64,000 nt of DNA, taken from positions 4,615 through 68,614 of the forward strand of contig JADHTJ010000007.1 of NCBI GenBank assembly GCA_016785015.1, given 5' to 3'. The translations under genes and the position numbers were made by a program. This document shows positions 26,229-36,257 of the stretch, in pieces (the stretch's first letter is position 1; every line of letters begins with the position of its first letter). Origin of the DNA: Anaerolineales bacterium. GTDB taxonomy: Bacteria > Chloroflexota > Anaerolineae > Anaerolineales > UBA11858. Under the pieces are notes generated by a model. The model was not told the origin of the DNA, made no database searches, and was given only the letters and a program-made list of their open reading frames with translations.

Positions 26229-27953
26229 TTATTCTGTTGAATGAACCAATTGCCCCTCAAAAAAGGTCATTTCAATTTGGGTAGTAGGTATCTCTTCGAT
26301 ATCGATCTCAAATAGATTTTGATCAAGAACGACCAGATCGGCCAATTTTCCCACCTCGATAGAACCGATGTCTTCATTGAGAAAATTCGCATAGGCGCCA
26401 TTTAGGGTCGAAGCCACAAGCATATCTTTGAGACTCGCCCGTTCATCAAGCGGTGGCAACACCCCTAAATCACCGGGTTTCAGTTCAGCATCAGGATCGG
26501 ATATCGAGCGATAGTTGGATTTCCCCCCATAATCCCGATCAAACACGAGCTGAGGCATTCTGCGGGTCATGCCACAATAAATCGCTACCAAGGGTTCTGG
26601 TTCGGTGACAAAGAAATCGCTGGCAATGGTTACGTTAACCCCAGCTTTGAATAGACTATTGAACGGATACTGTTGGTAAAAAGCCCGTTCGTGCCCCAGA
26701 TATGGCAGGTTCAATTTCCAGAAATAATCGTCGATGATCATCCAGTAGGGACTCGTGTGAACGCTGATGCCCAGGTCGCCCATGCGTTTAATGTCTTTCG
26801 GCCGCGCCAATTGCAGATGGGCGAATGAATGCCGCGCATCCCGCTTCCCATTCACATCTTGGGTGAATTCAAGCGCATCCAGGGTGTATTGCGCGGCAGC
26901 ATCTCCTATCACATGAACGTGGATCTGATACCCCGCAGAATCAATTTGCGAGAACGCATCTTGAAGAATATCATCACCCCAAACCTTGATGCCATACCAG
27001 TCATCGTCCCGGTGCGCGTATGGTTCCAGCAACAATCCGGTTTCTTCCTCGGTAACATGATCCGCAAAAAATTTGAAAGAATGCGCCTTGAAATGTGGGT
27101 GAGTAAATCTCTTGGACAGTGCTTTCCCCTGATCGATCTGTGCGGCAACGTCGCCTTCCGGTGAAATGTTCCAGGAGGCGCGATAGCGTACGGTCAACTT
27201 TCCATCTTGAGCGAGTTCATCATAAGCTTCAATGATATGGTGTTCCTCGATACCCAACATGGCCTCGTGGACAGTTGTGATCCCCTTTGCGTTAAGCCAT
27301 CCCTGTAGCCAAAGCAGCGAATTCTTGATTTGTTCCTTTGGAGGTTCTGGGATATGTTGGGCGACAAGGTTCATGGCCCCTGGTTCCTGGAGCAACCCAG
27401 ATGGCTCACTGGTTTTGGGGTCGTGTTTTATTACGCCTTCCTGGGGTTGTGGGGTGTCTTTGTCAATATTGGCGATTTCAAGAGCTTTCGAGTTGACCCA
27501 CATTGAGTGACCGTCTGTGGATGTAATGACAATCGGCCGCACAGAGTCAATCTCGTCCAGCCACTCTTTGCGAGGGCCAATTTCATCAAATGCAGAGCGC
27601 GAATAACCGCCGCCAACGATCCATGGCGCATCTGAATTCTTTGCGGCATATTGACGTACAGCGTTGAGATAGGCCTGGATTTGATCCTCGCCGGTTACAT
27701 CAAAGAGACCCAATCCGTACTGGTATATATGTGCGCTTTGGGCGGGGTGCATGTGGCTGTCCACAAAAGCTGGCAGAACCATTTTGCCATCCAGATCGAT
27801 CACAGTTGTATCCGGACCGATATATGCTTCGACATCAGTATTCGAACCGACAAAGAGTATTTTTCTATCGGCAATCGCAATGGCCTGAGCCCAACTGAGA
27901 TCTGAATCGACAGTGTAGACAGCAGCGTTTTTTAGAACCAGGTTTGCTTTCAT
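26229..27953 (-). CDS. Amidohydrolase family protein (Amidohydro_3 / YtcJ-like metal-dependent hydrolase)
   Basis: LKNAAVYTVD.., PAFVDSHMHP (HxH metal site), HVHVIGDAA, and a C-terminal GSIEVGKLADLVVLD. ATG 27953 lies 1 nt from the upstream stop. Confidence 0.85.
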   Translation of the reverse strand: MKANLVLKNAAVYTVDSDLSWAQAIAIADRKILFVGSNTDVEAYIGPDTTVIDLDGKMVLPAFVDSHMHPAQSAHIYQYGLGLFDVTGEDQIQAYLNAVRQYAAKNSDAPWIVGGGYSRSAFDEIGPRKEWLDEIDSVRPIVITSTDGHSMWVNSKALEIANIDKDTPQPQEGVIKHDPKTSEPSGLLQEPGAMNLVAQHIPEPPKEQIKNSLLWLQGWLNAKGITTVHEAMLGIEEHHIIEAYDELAQDGKLTVRYRASWNISPEGDVAAQIDQGKALSKRFTHPHFKAHSFKFFADHVTEEETGLLLEPYAHRDDDWYGIKVWGDDILQDAFSQIDSAGYQIHVHVIGDAAAQYTLDALEFTQDVNGKRDARHSFAHLQLARPKDIKRMGDLGISVHTSPYWMIIDDYFWKLNLPYLGHERAFYQQYPFNSLFKAGVNVTIASDFFVTEPEPLVAIYCGMTRRMPQLVFDRDYGGKSNYRSISDPDAELKPGDLGVLPPLDERASLKDMLVASTLNGAYANFLNEDIGSIEVGKLADLVVLDQNLFEIDIEEIPTTQIEMTFFEGQLVHSTE

Positions 27954-27954
27954 C

Positions 27955-28572
27955 CTATTCCCTTTCACCAACTACAAACACACCATCTTCTGGCTGTACC
28001 GTGACTGTTTCTTGACCCTCACTCAAAACGAGTAAGAAGCCACGCCGGCCATTATTAAGAAATTGGAGTGTGGCTTTTAACTCTGTCGCAGGAAGACGTT
28101 CATGCTGACTCTTGGCAACAAAGTGGCTGAACTCCTCGCACGGAGGGGCGAAACTGACAAAATCTAACAGCGCTCTTTGCCCGGTCTCCGCGCTCTCGAT
28201 GGCGATCTGCCCCCCGAGATCCTCCACCCAAACTTCCTCGGCATATTCGATAATGATGTTTTCACCGGCGCTACCATCGACCATGTGTTCCCCAAAACGT
28301 TCTCTCATTGCATCATAATGAGATGTAAAGCCAATGGATACAAGATCGTCATCATCATAGGCTTTATCAGGGTGGTTGATGTGGTGAATATCGAGTACAT
28401 GCTCTCCCTCAGGGGTGATTGCCTCGATGCCTAAGGATGAGATCAGCAAGCGTTCTACTTCGACGCGCCTGGTGACGTCGTAAAAGTAGCCTGAAGGTGT
28501 TTCAATGATCAACCCGTTCGGTTGCACTTGGACCATTTTCACGCTGCCAAGTTGGCGGTCATTTTCAGCCAT
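27955..28572 (-). CDS. MOSC-like beta-barrel domain protein (tentative)
   Basis: DGSAGENIIIEY...IAIES...FAPPCEEF resembles the MOSC GENl...PC pattern. Weak call. Confidence 0.4.
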   Translation of the reverse strand: MAENDRQLGSVKMVQVQPNGLIIETPSGYFYDVTRRVEVERLLISSLGIEAITPEGEHVLDIHHINHPDKAYDDDDLVSIGFTSHYDAMRERFGEHMVDGSAGENIIIEYAEEVWVEDLGGQIAIESAETGQRALLDFVSFAPPCEEFSHFVAKSQHERLPATELKATLQFLNNGRRGFLLVLSEGQETVTVQPEDGVFVVGERE

Positions 28573-28655
28573 TATTGATAATCCTTTCTTAATACAAGTC
28601 TGCCTAACTTTAAATAATTGGGCAGACTTGTTTCATTCTAAGCAACACGGCAATA

Positions 28656-29144
28656 TTAGCCCTTCCCCGATTCTTGCAAGGCTTTGATGATTTCGTCTTG
28701 GTGTTCTACAGCATGTTCGATCATATATTCAACCAATGTGGCGATGCTGCCGCGTTCATCCCCCCAAGGATAGAGCATATCTCCGGGAAACTGATCTTCG
28801 GGAATTTCCTGAACAGCTTTCTTCAATTCACCATGGGCTTGTTCCCACTCAGCTAAGATTTGCTGAGTAGATAACTTTTTCTGCTCTACAACAGCTCTTT
28901 CATTATATTCAGTTTCTTCCTCGTCTAGATCGGGGATTGAATATTCTGACCCTTCCTGATACGCGCGCAAGGATTTAGCTGTCTCCTGATCCCAAGTCGC
29001 AATATGCCCAATAATATCCCTGATCCTCCAACCCGAATCGGTGAATACGGGCATTTCCAGATCGACTTCATCCAAGGTTGCACGGGTCGCAATGTGGGCC
29101 TTGGCTAATAGTTTAATCAGGCGTTTCTTTTCTTCAGCTGACAT
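28656..29144 (-). CDS. DinB-superfamily four-helix-bundle protein
   Basis: WRIRDIIGHIATWDQE and EYMIEHAVEHQDEI are His-rich helices typical of DinB_2/ClbS-like proteins. Confidence 0.6.
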   Translation of the reverse strand: MSAEEKKRLIKLLAKAHIATRATLDEVDLEMPVFTDSGWRIRDIIGHIATWDQETAKSLRAYQEGSEYSIPDLDEEETEYNERAVVEQKKLSTQQILAEWEQAHGELKKAVQEIPEDQFPGDMLYPWGDERGSIATLVEYMIEHAVEHQDEIIKALQESGKG

Positions 29145-29219
29145 GTCTATCCTTCCTTATCTCTATAAACGAGCAAACATTGACTCCCAGTTGACAAACA
29201 AAATTAATAAGCTGCACAG

Positions 29220-29307
29220 TTTTTACCACTGGGACACGAAGTTTACGGAGTTTTCTCGGTGAAAACACAGAGATTCTCCGTGTTCTCTATGTCTCTGTGG
29301 TGAAAAA
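29220..29307. repeat. Palindromic repeat (arms TTTTTACCACTGGGACAC / GTCTCTGTGGTGAAAAA; inner ACGGAGTTTTCTCGGTG / CACAGAGATTCTCCGT)
   Basis: Read directly. A partial copy lies at 36151-36227. Confidence 0.6.
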
Positions 29308-29325
29308 TGCAGATTTGTCAGTCAA

Positions 29326-31806
29326 TCAGCAGCGGACCCTTAGAAGCTTGGGATCATACAATGGTCTGAGAGACACTTTTGCAGGATAGCGCACTCCCGC
29401 AATGTCAATTTCATAGGATCCGCTCTTGATGTAATCAACACTGACGGTTTCTCCCTCATTCTCAACCGGACCGACACCGACGGATGCACCTAATGTGTGG
29501 CCATAACCGCCTGCCATAATATAGCCGACGGGCACACTATCTCGGTAGATGATCTCACCGTAATACAGCATGGGTTCTGGATCCTCGAGCAGGAACTGCG
29601 GCATGCGATATCTGTAGCCGGATTCTTTCAGTTTCAGCAGCGCCTCTCGCCCAATGAACCCGCCGGGTTTATCGAAGTCCACGAAGTATCCTAAGCCAGC
29701 TTCCAAAGGCGTATCGGTATTATCGATATCGCCGCCATAATCGCGATAGGCTTTCTCTAAGCGCAGTGTATTGAGTGCCTGTAACCCAATGTGTTTGAGC
29801 CCGAAATCGGCTCCCGATTTCACGAGGGTGTCGAAAACATGCAATGAAAACTCTGTTGGGATGTAAAGCTCCCAACCCAATTCGCCCACATAGGTCACTC
29901 GGATAGCTTTGACAAGTGCGTAGCCGATGTCAATTTCTTGCATAGTGAGAAAAGGGAAGGCTTCATTGGATAAATCTGTATGCGTGATACTGCTCAAAAA
30001 TTCACGCGATTTAGGTCCCTGTATATTGAGCACGCTATATGCCGAAGAGATATTGGTTACGAAAGCGTGCGCATCCGCGGGGATGTGGCGTCTCAACCAG
30101 GCCAGCACTGCTGTCATGGTGCCATCCCCGGTTAGGATCAGAAATTGATCTTCGGCCAGGCGCGTGACGGTTAGATCGGCCTCTATGGTGCCAGTTTCAT
30201 TACACCATTGGGTGTAGACAACTTTGCCCACGGGTACGGCCACATTATTGGCACAGATGCGGTTGAGATATTTTTCTACATCGCGACCCTGTACCAGGAT
30301 TTTGCCCATCACCGAATAGTCCAGCATGGTGACGTTTTCACGAGTGGCATGATGCTCAGCAGCGCTGTACTCGAACCAGTTCTGCCGCCCCCAGGAATAT
30401 TCAACTTTAGGTTCAACCCCTTTGGGGGCGAACCAGTCCGGGTATTCCCAGCCGGCATATTCACCAAAGTAAGCGCCGGCTTCGACCAATCTGTTATGGA
30501 AGGCGGATTTGCGCACATTGCGGGCGGTTTTAAAGTGCTTATTTGGGTATCCATCTTCGAATATTAACCCAAGCAATTCCACTGCACGGTCTTTTAAATA
30601 TGTAGGTGTGTTTTGGTAAGGTAGCATACGGGCAATATCGATCTCGGTGACATCGACATCTGGCACACCATCGACAATCCACTGAGCCATCACTTTCCCA
30701 GCTCCGCCGCCCATGAGAATACCAAGGGAATTGAAGCCCGCCGCAACATAGAAATTATCTAATTCTGGCACCAATCCCATCATGGGGCCTAAATCTGGCG
30801 TAAAACTCTCTGGCCCGCAGAAGAATTTGTGAATACCAGCATTTTCCAGCGCTGGAATTCGCTGCATGGCTTCTTCAATATATGGCATCATGCGGTCCCA
30901 ATCGGGATTGATTTCGCCAAAAGTGAAGTTCTTTGGGATGCCATCCAGCGCCCATGGGGCTGCCACAGGCTCGAACAGGCCGAACAACACGCCCCCCACT
31001 TCTTCACGGTAGTAGGCGTATTTATCCAGGTCAACCAAAACGGGCAATTTCGGATTTATGCCCTCAATCGACTCGGTGATTAAGTAGTAATGTTCTGTGG
31101 GCTGCAAAGGAATATTGACACCCGCTAACTTGCCGATCTGGTGTGCCCACATCCCTGCACAATTGACTACATACTCGGCCTGGATCTCGCCCTTATCGGT
31201 GATGATTGCGGATACCCGCTGATCTTCTTTCGTGATGTCGGTAACAGTAGTTTCTTCGAAAATCTGGACGCCGCCCATGCGTGCGCCTCTGGCCAACGCC
31301 ATCGTTACATCGATGGGATTAACGCGGCCATCGCTGGGAGTATAGAAACCTGCCAGAATATCGTCAGTATAGGCTAGCGGCCAGATTTCCTTAATTTGAT
31401 TGGGGGTTATTTCTTCCATCGCAACGCCAAAATGGCGATCAAAAGCGGCAACCCGACGTAATTCTTCCAGCCTATCGGGCGAGGTGGCTAAATTAATCAT
31501 CCCCACATCTTTATAGCCCGTTGCCAATCCTGTTTCTTTTTCCAGAGAGCTATATAGATCCAGGGTATATTTTGCCATTTCAACCGAAGTTGCGTCGAAA
31601 AAGCCACCCGCCTCTACCAAGCCTGCTGCATGCCAGGTGGTTCCGGCGGTGAGCTGGGCGCGTTCTAAGAGGACAATCTCTTTCCAGCCGAGTTTTGCGA
31701 GATGGTAGGCAGTACTGCACCCAATCACACCACCGCCTATGATCACGACCCGAGCTTGCGAAGGAATTTTGCTATTCGTTCTTTCCTCTGTCTGTTTTTC
31801 CGGCAT
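29326..31806 (-). CDS. Dimethylglycine/sarcosine dehydrogenase-like flavoenzyme (DAO FAD domain + GcvT folate-binding domain)
   Basis: VVIIGGGVIGCSTAYHLAKLGW..GTTWHAAGL, with a C-terminal aminomethyltransferase-like region (TYVGELGWELYIP). 826 aa. Confidence 0.9.
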   Translation of the reverse strand: MPEKQTEERTNSKIPSQARVVIIGGGVIGCSTAYHLAKLGWKEIVLLERAQLTAGTTWHAAGLVEAGGFFDATSVEMAKYTLDLYSSLEKETGLATGYKDVGMINLATSPDRLEELRRVAAFDRHFGVAMEEITPNQIKEIWPLAYTDDILAGFYTPSDGRVNPIDVTMALARGARMGGVQIFEETTVTDITKEDQRVSAIITDKGEIQAEYVVNCAGMWAHQIGKLAGVNIPLQPTEHYYLITESIEGINPKLPVLVDLDKYAYYREEVGGVLFGLFEPVAAPWALDGIPKNFTFGEINPDWDRMMPYIEEAMQRIPALENAGIHKFFCGPESFTPDLGPMMGLVPELDNFYVAAGFNSLGILMGGGAGKVMAQWIVDGVPDVDVTEIDIARMLPYQNTPTYLKDRAVELLGLIFEDGYPNKHFKTARNVRKSAFHNRLVEAGAYFGEYAGWEYPDWFAPKGVEPKVEYSWGRQNWFEYSAAEHHATRENVTMLDYSVMGKILVQGRDVEKYLNRICANNVAVPVGKVVYTQWCNETGTIEADLTVTRLAEDQFLILTGDGTMTAVLAWLRRHIPADAHAFVTNISSAYSVLNIQGPKSREFLSSITHTDLSNEAFPFLTMQEIDIGYALVKAIRVTYVGELGWELYIPTEFSLHVFDTLVKSGADFGLKHIGLQALNTLRLEKAYRDYGGDIDNTDTPLEAGLGYFVDFDKPGGFIGREALLKLKESGYRYRMPQFLLEDPEPMLYYGEIIYRDSVPVGYIMAGGYGHTLGASVGVGPVENEGETVSVDYIKSGSYEIDIAGVRYPAKVSLRPLYDPKLLRVRC

Positions 31807-31807
31807 A

Positions 31808-33268
31808 TTAATCCTTTAGGTTTTTAGCCGCCTGGTCTGCTGACGCCAAGATCTTATCCATCTCTTTTAGTGCTTGATCGGGCAAAGGCTCAGGCTGGTG
31901 AGAATCATAGATCTTGTTGAATTCCTCAATTGCCATCTCACGAGGTTGCCACAAATTACCTTCCGCGTCGAGTTGGCGGAAGATAGGCGAAATGTGAAAA
32001 TCACGCAAATGCTTACGCGTATGTTTTTCGCGTAGGTAGTGGCCGCCTGGACCCACTGCTTTGATCACATTTAGGGAAACATCCAGATCTTTGAATTCAA
32101 ATTCTTTGTATGTATCATAAACATTCATAGCGATCTCGGCGTCGAGAATGATTTGTTCAGGGTAGATAATCATCGAAGAACCCATCAATCCCATATAGCC
32201 GCAAATCTCACCGCCGGCTAAAGGAATCTGTACTGAGCCAAAACCTGCTTCGAAGGCGGATTGCCAGCCGATATCAGAAGCATCACTGCTGAACGACCCA
32301 CCCCCCAAACTGGGCACATCCCAGGCGTGAGCAAGCTGAACTGCTATCAACGAAACTGGCAAGGGCACATCTCCGATATACCCGCCCGTACGCGGATCCA
32401 TCAGCGAAGTAATAATCGAGTGGAAAACCGGCGCACCTGGGGAAGCCAGTTGCATTAATACCATGGCACTGATGACTTCAGCATCGCCCATGACCAAAGC
32501 ACCGAGTACGGATGCAGGGGCTGTTGAACCCATATTGGGCATAGCCATAAAACTGGTCGGAATGCCTGCGTCCGCGTAAATCAACGCAGTTTCGATACCG
32601 TGACCATCTTGAGCTAACGGTGCGATAGTACAAATGTTGGCACAGACGGGTGGTCTGAGGCGTCTCTCGGTTTCACTTCCAGAAACTACGCTGGCCATTT
32701 CGACAATGGATGGAGCAAGCTCGGGATGAACAGTAGTGCCGCCGCGCACATGTTTCAAAGTATTGGTTAATCCGGCATGGCATTCGTGCAAAGGCGCGGC
32801 TTTTCCGAAATCTTGGGCGCTCACCATTGGCCAGAAAAAACTGACCATGGGTATGGCATCACTGACGCGCGCCATCATAGCAACATCTGCTTTTTGGGAA
32901 GCGCGTTTTTCGCGAGTCTTCGGGTCAATGACATGAACCCCACATCCATCGGTACAGAGATAAGAGTTCGAACCATCAAGTGTCAAGTCAAAGCGTTCTT
33001 CACGGCCGCCCAACACAAAACTGCGCGGTGCGGTCCCCATGGCCTTTTTTACCAAATCGGGCTGAATGCGTACAATCTTGGTGTCCCAATCCACGTTGGC
33101 CCCGTGATCAGCAAAGATCGTCAACGCTTTTTGGCTTGGGAAATATACACCTGTTTCCGATAAGAGCTGCAAGGTGCCATTCTTCAACGTCTCCAATTCT
33201 GACTTGCTCAGAACGTCGATTTTGTGGTGGGATGAGATCGAGATGATATCCGGCGTCTCAGAGTGCAT
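31808..33268 (-). CDS. MttB-superfamily (non-Pyl) substrate:corrinoid methyltransferase
   Basis: Start moved to ATG 33268 (RBS aggaga; MHSETPDIISISS.. aligns with the paralog at 43669). The ORF-track start 33409 overlaps the upstream ALDH gene. Motifs ADHGANVD, MARVSDAIPMVSFFWPMVSAQD, GHYLREKHTRKHL. Confidence 0.9.
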   Translation of the reverse strand: MHSETPDIISISSHHKIDVLSKSELETLKNGTLQLLSETGVYFPSQKALTIFADHGANVDWDTKIVRIQPDLVKKAMGTAPRSFVLGGREERFDLTLDGSNSYLCTDGCGVHVIDPKTREKRASQKADVAMMARVSDAIPMVSFFWPMVSAQDFGKAAPLHECHAGLTNTLKHVRGGTTVHPELAPSIVEMASVVSGSETERRLRPPVCANICTIAPLAQDGHGIETALIYADAGIPTSFMAMPNMGSTAPASVLGALVMGDAEVISAMVLMQLASPGAPVFHSIITSLMDPRTGGYIGDVPLPVSLIAVQLAHAWDVPSLGGGSFSSDASDIGWQSAFEAGFGSVQIPLAGGEICGYMGLMGSSMIIYPEQIILDAEIAMNVYDTYKEFEFKDLDVSLNVIKAVGPGGHYLREKHTRKHLRDFHISPIFRQLDAEGNLWQPREMAIEEFNKIYDSHQPEPLPDQALKEMDKILASADQAAKNLKD

Positions 33269-33287
33269 TATGTCTCCTTGATGTCTC

Positions 33288-34754
33288 CTAGAATTTTCGC
33301 GACCATTCCTTTGGCCAGCGCTCGATGACGACTTTCTTTTGGGTGAAGAATTCGACCGCGTCCATACCCTGGCCGTGCATATCGCCAAAGAATGATTCCT
33401 TCCAACCACTAAAGGGGAAGAATGCCATTGGAGCGGCTACGCCGATATTGATGCCCACATTGCCAGCCTCCACTTCATAGCGGAACTTGCGAGCCGCTGC
33501 CCCACTTGATGTGAATAGGCTGGCCTGATTGCCATATACATGACTGTTCGCCAGCTCAATAGCATCTTCGATTGTTTTCACGTGCATCATGCTCAACACT
33601 GGACCGAATATCTCCGTTTTCCAGATCTCACTATTGGGCTGCACATCGGAAAGCACGGTTGGGCGCACAAAGCTACCGCCTTCATATCCCTTGATCGTAG
33701 TCCCGCGCCCATCAACAAGCGCAGAAGCCCCCTCTGTGGTTCCCAGCCCGATCAATTGTTCAATGTTTTCTTTACTGCTCTGGTTGATGACTGGCCCCAT
33801 CTCTACCTCAGCATCAAGCCCATTGCCGACCACGCGGCTGGATGCCGCATCACAGATCATCTCGTTGAAGCTGTTGCGCGCTTCGCCAACCGTTACAGCC
33901 AACGATACCGCCAGGCAGCGCTGTCCTGCGCAGCCAAAAGCTGAATCGGCAACAATTTGGGTGGTCATTTCCATGTCGGCATCCGGTAGGATGATAACTG
34001 GATTCTTAGCTCCACCCTGAGCCTGAACCCGTTTGCCATTCTCCGCGGCGCGGCGATAAACGTACTTGGCTACATTGGTTGAACCAACAAAAGTGACCGC
34101 CCGAATTTCGGGATGATCAAGAATTGCATTTACCGCATCTTTCGAGCCATGCACCATGTTGACGACGCCCTTCGGGAAGCCGACCTGTTCGATCAGCTCG
34201 AAGATAAACTGCATGGTCATAGGGACTCTTTCGGAAGGCTTGACGATATACGTATTGCCCGTTGCCAGCGCATACGGCAGATACCAAAATGTGATCATGC
34301 CGGGGAAGTTGAATGGTGCGATGGTGGCACACACGCCCAAAGGTTGGCGCAGCATGATCTCGTCAATGCCTGGGGCAATATCTTCTGCAATTTCGCCCTT
34401 CATCATCATTGGCATTCCGCAGGCCACTTCCACGTTCTCGATGGCACGCACCATTTCGGCTTTGGCTTCACCGAAGGTCTTGCCACATTCAGTTGAGATA
34501 ATACGGCCAATCTCATCATGGTTAGCAATCAGCAAATCGCGCAACTTAAATAAATACTTGATGCGATCATTTACCGGGGTCTCCCGCCAGGCCGGGAATG
34601 CCTCGGTAGCAGCTTTGGTTGCTGCATCAACTTCCAATTTCCCGCACAGGGGTGTCTTGGTGATCACATCGCCCGTTGCCGGGTTGATGACATCTGCATA
34701 CTCACTTACCTTCGGTTCTACCCATTCACTATTAACGTAATTCAAAATCTTCAT
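33288..34754 (-). CDS. mmsA: CoA-acylating (methyl)malonate-semialdehyde dehydrogenase
   Basis: N-terminal [10 protein letters not shown]...[10 protein letters not shown]. Motifs [16 protein letters not shown] and catalytic CAGQRCLA. The hallmark C-terminal [17 protein letters not shown] matches my memory of MmsA/IolA. Confidence 0.8.
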   Translation of the reverse strand: MKILNYVNSEWVEPKVSEYADVINPATGDVITKTPLCGKLEVDAATKAATEAFPAWRETPVNDRIKYLFKLRDLLIANHDEIGRIISTECGKTFGEAKAEMVRAIENVEVACGMPMMMKGEIAEDIAPGIDEIMLRQPLGVCATIAPFNFPGMITFWYLPYALATGNTYIVKPSERVPMTMQFIFELIEQVGFPKGVVNMVHGSKDAVNAILDHPEIRAVTFVGSTNVAKYVYRRAAENGKRVQAQGGAKNPVIILPDADMEMTTQIVADSAFGCAGQRCLAVSLAVTVGEARNSFNEMICDAASSRVVGNGLDAEVEMGPVINQSSKENIEQLIGLGTTEGASALVDGRGTTIKGYEGGSFVRPTVLSDVQPNSEIWKTEIFGPVLSMMHVKTIEDAIELANSHVYGNQASLFTSSGAAARKFRYEVEAGNVGINIGVAAPMAFFPFSGWKESFFGDMHGQGMDAVEFFTQKKVVIERWPKEWSRKF

Positions 34755-34755
34755 A

Positions 34756-36093
34756 TTAATTCACCTTTCTATCTGATACTTCCAAAGCTTTTTCAACCAG
34801 AGTCAGGCCTTCATCAATTTGTTCTTTGGTGATGCATAGGGGGGGAACAACAAAAATCATTGTACCAATATCTTTCACCATAATGAATGTAAATAGGCCA
34901 TTATCCAGTAATGTCTTCTTTACATCAGCCATCACTGCGGCTGAGAAGGGTTTTTTCGTCTCACGATTTTCTACCAACTCGATTGTGGAGAACAGACCAA
35001 TGTAGCGCACATCGCCTACCGAAGAATGGCGCTCTTTAATATCTTCGAGCGCTTCACCCAAGTATTTGCCTAATGTTGTGGCATTTTCAAGTAAGCCATC
35101 CTCTGCATAGACATCAATCGTAGCCAGTGCGGCAGCACAGGCCAGCGCATGTCCGCTGTAGGTGAGGCCCGCATAAAGGTACTTATCTTCGAAGTGGTTG
35201 GCAATCTCTTCTGAGACGATCACAGCCCCCAGCGGCACATAGCCAGATGTAATCCCTTTTGCTGTTGTGATGATATCTGGTTCCACATCCCAGTTATCGA
35301 CCGCGAACCATTTGCCCGTGCGTCCCCAGCCGCTCATCACTTCGTCGGAGATCAGCAAAATACCGTATTTATCACAGAGCTCTCGAACAGCGGGCCAATA
35401 GTCATCGGGTGGGACGATCAGCCCATTGGAGCCGGTAACACCTTCCATGATGATGGCGGCGATCTTGTCCGGGCCTTCATATTGGATGATCTCTTCGACA
35501 TGGGAGATACATTCTCGTTTGCATGATTCTATCTTCTGCCCAAAAGGACAGCGGTAGCAATATGGATCGAGGAAATGAGCTGTCCCAGGCATGGCCGGTT
35601 CAACCGCATTACGGCGGTAGTCGCCGGTCAGCGCTACGGCTCCATGCGTGGCGCCATGATAGGAGCGGTAGCGCGCCAAAATCTTGTGGCGCCCGGTATA
35701 GAAGCGGGCGATCTTAATAGCATTTTCATTGGCTTCGGCACCACCCAGGGCAAAAAAGCTCTTCTTTAGTTTTCCAGGGGTTACTTCGGCCAGTTTCTTT
35801 CCCAGCAGGCCGCGGGGCCCCGTTGCGTTGCCTGGATGGACAAAACACAACTGCGCGGCCTGGTCCTGTATGGCCTTGACCACCTTGGGGTGCTGATTGC
35901 CGATATTTTGATTCATCAATTGGGAGGAAAAATCCAGGTATCGCTTTCCGTCTGCATCCCAAAAATAGACACCCTCGGACTTGGTTACAGGGATGGGATT
36001 GACCTGAGACTGAATCGCCCAGGAAAAGAAGGTGTATTCTTTACTGAGTTGAACGATTTCTTCAGCCGTCAGGGTGTTAATATCTTTGCTCAT
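34756..36093 (-). CDS. Class III (omega) aminotransferase, beta-alanine/taurine:pyruvate-type
   Basis: [54 protein letters not shown] (PLP lysine). Confidence 0.85.
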   Translation of the reverse strand: MSKDINTLTAEEIVQLSKEYTFFSWAIQSQVNPIPVTKSEGVYFWDADGKRYLDFSSQLMNQNIGNQHPKVVKAIQDQAAQLCFVHPGNATGPRGLLGKKLAEVTPGKLKKSFFALGGAEANENAIKIARFYTGRHKILARYRSYHGATHGAVALTGDYRRNAVEPAMPGTAHFLDPYCYRCPFGQKIESCKRECISHVEEIIQYEGPDKIAAIIMEGVTGSNGLIVPPDDYWPAVRELCDKYGILLISDEVMSGWGRTGKWFAVDNWDVEPDIITTAKGITSGYVPLGAVIVSEEIANHFEDKYLYAGLTYSGHALACAAALATIDVYAEDGLLENATTLGKYLGEALEDIKERHSSVGDVRYIGLFSTIELVENRETKKPFSAAVMADVKKTLLDNGLFTFIMVKDIGTMIFVVPPLCITKEQIDEGLTLVEKALEVSDRKVN

Positions 36094-36150
36094 ATATTGC
36101 CTCGCTTTATATATTGGGGAACACCTTCAGTAGAGGAATTGTGTTCTTAT

Positions 36151-36227
36151 TTCACCACCGAGAGGTGGAGTTCGCGGAAATATTTTAAAAATGAAATGGT
36201 CTAAGATTCTCCGTGTTTTCTGTGGTT
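36151..36227. repeat. Degenerate copy of the 29220-29307 repeat (TTCACCACCGAGAG ... GATTCTCCGTGTTTTCTGTGGT)
   Basis: Read directly. Only partial similarity. Confidence 0.4.
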
Positions 36228-36257
36228 TATGATCACAGTGTTGAATATTTCATGGAA

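Noticed and set aside
33269-33409. 47-codon N-terminal extension of the mttB-like ORF (ORF-track start 33409).
   Set aside because: The extension overlaps the 3' end of the upstream mmsA gene, is Ser/Arg-rich, and has no counterpart in any paralog. ATG 33268 has an RBS and aligns with the paralog N-termini.
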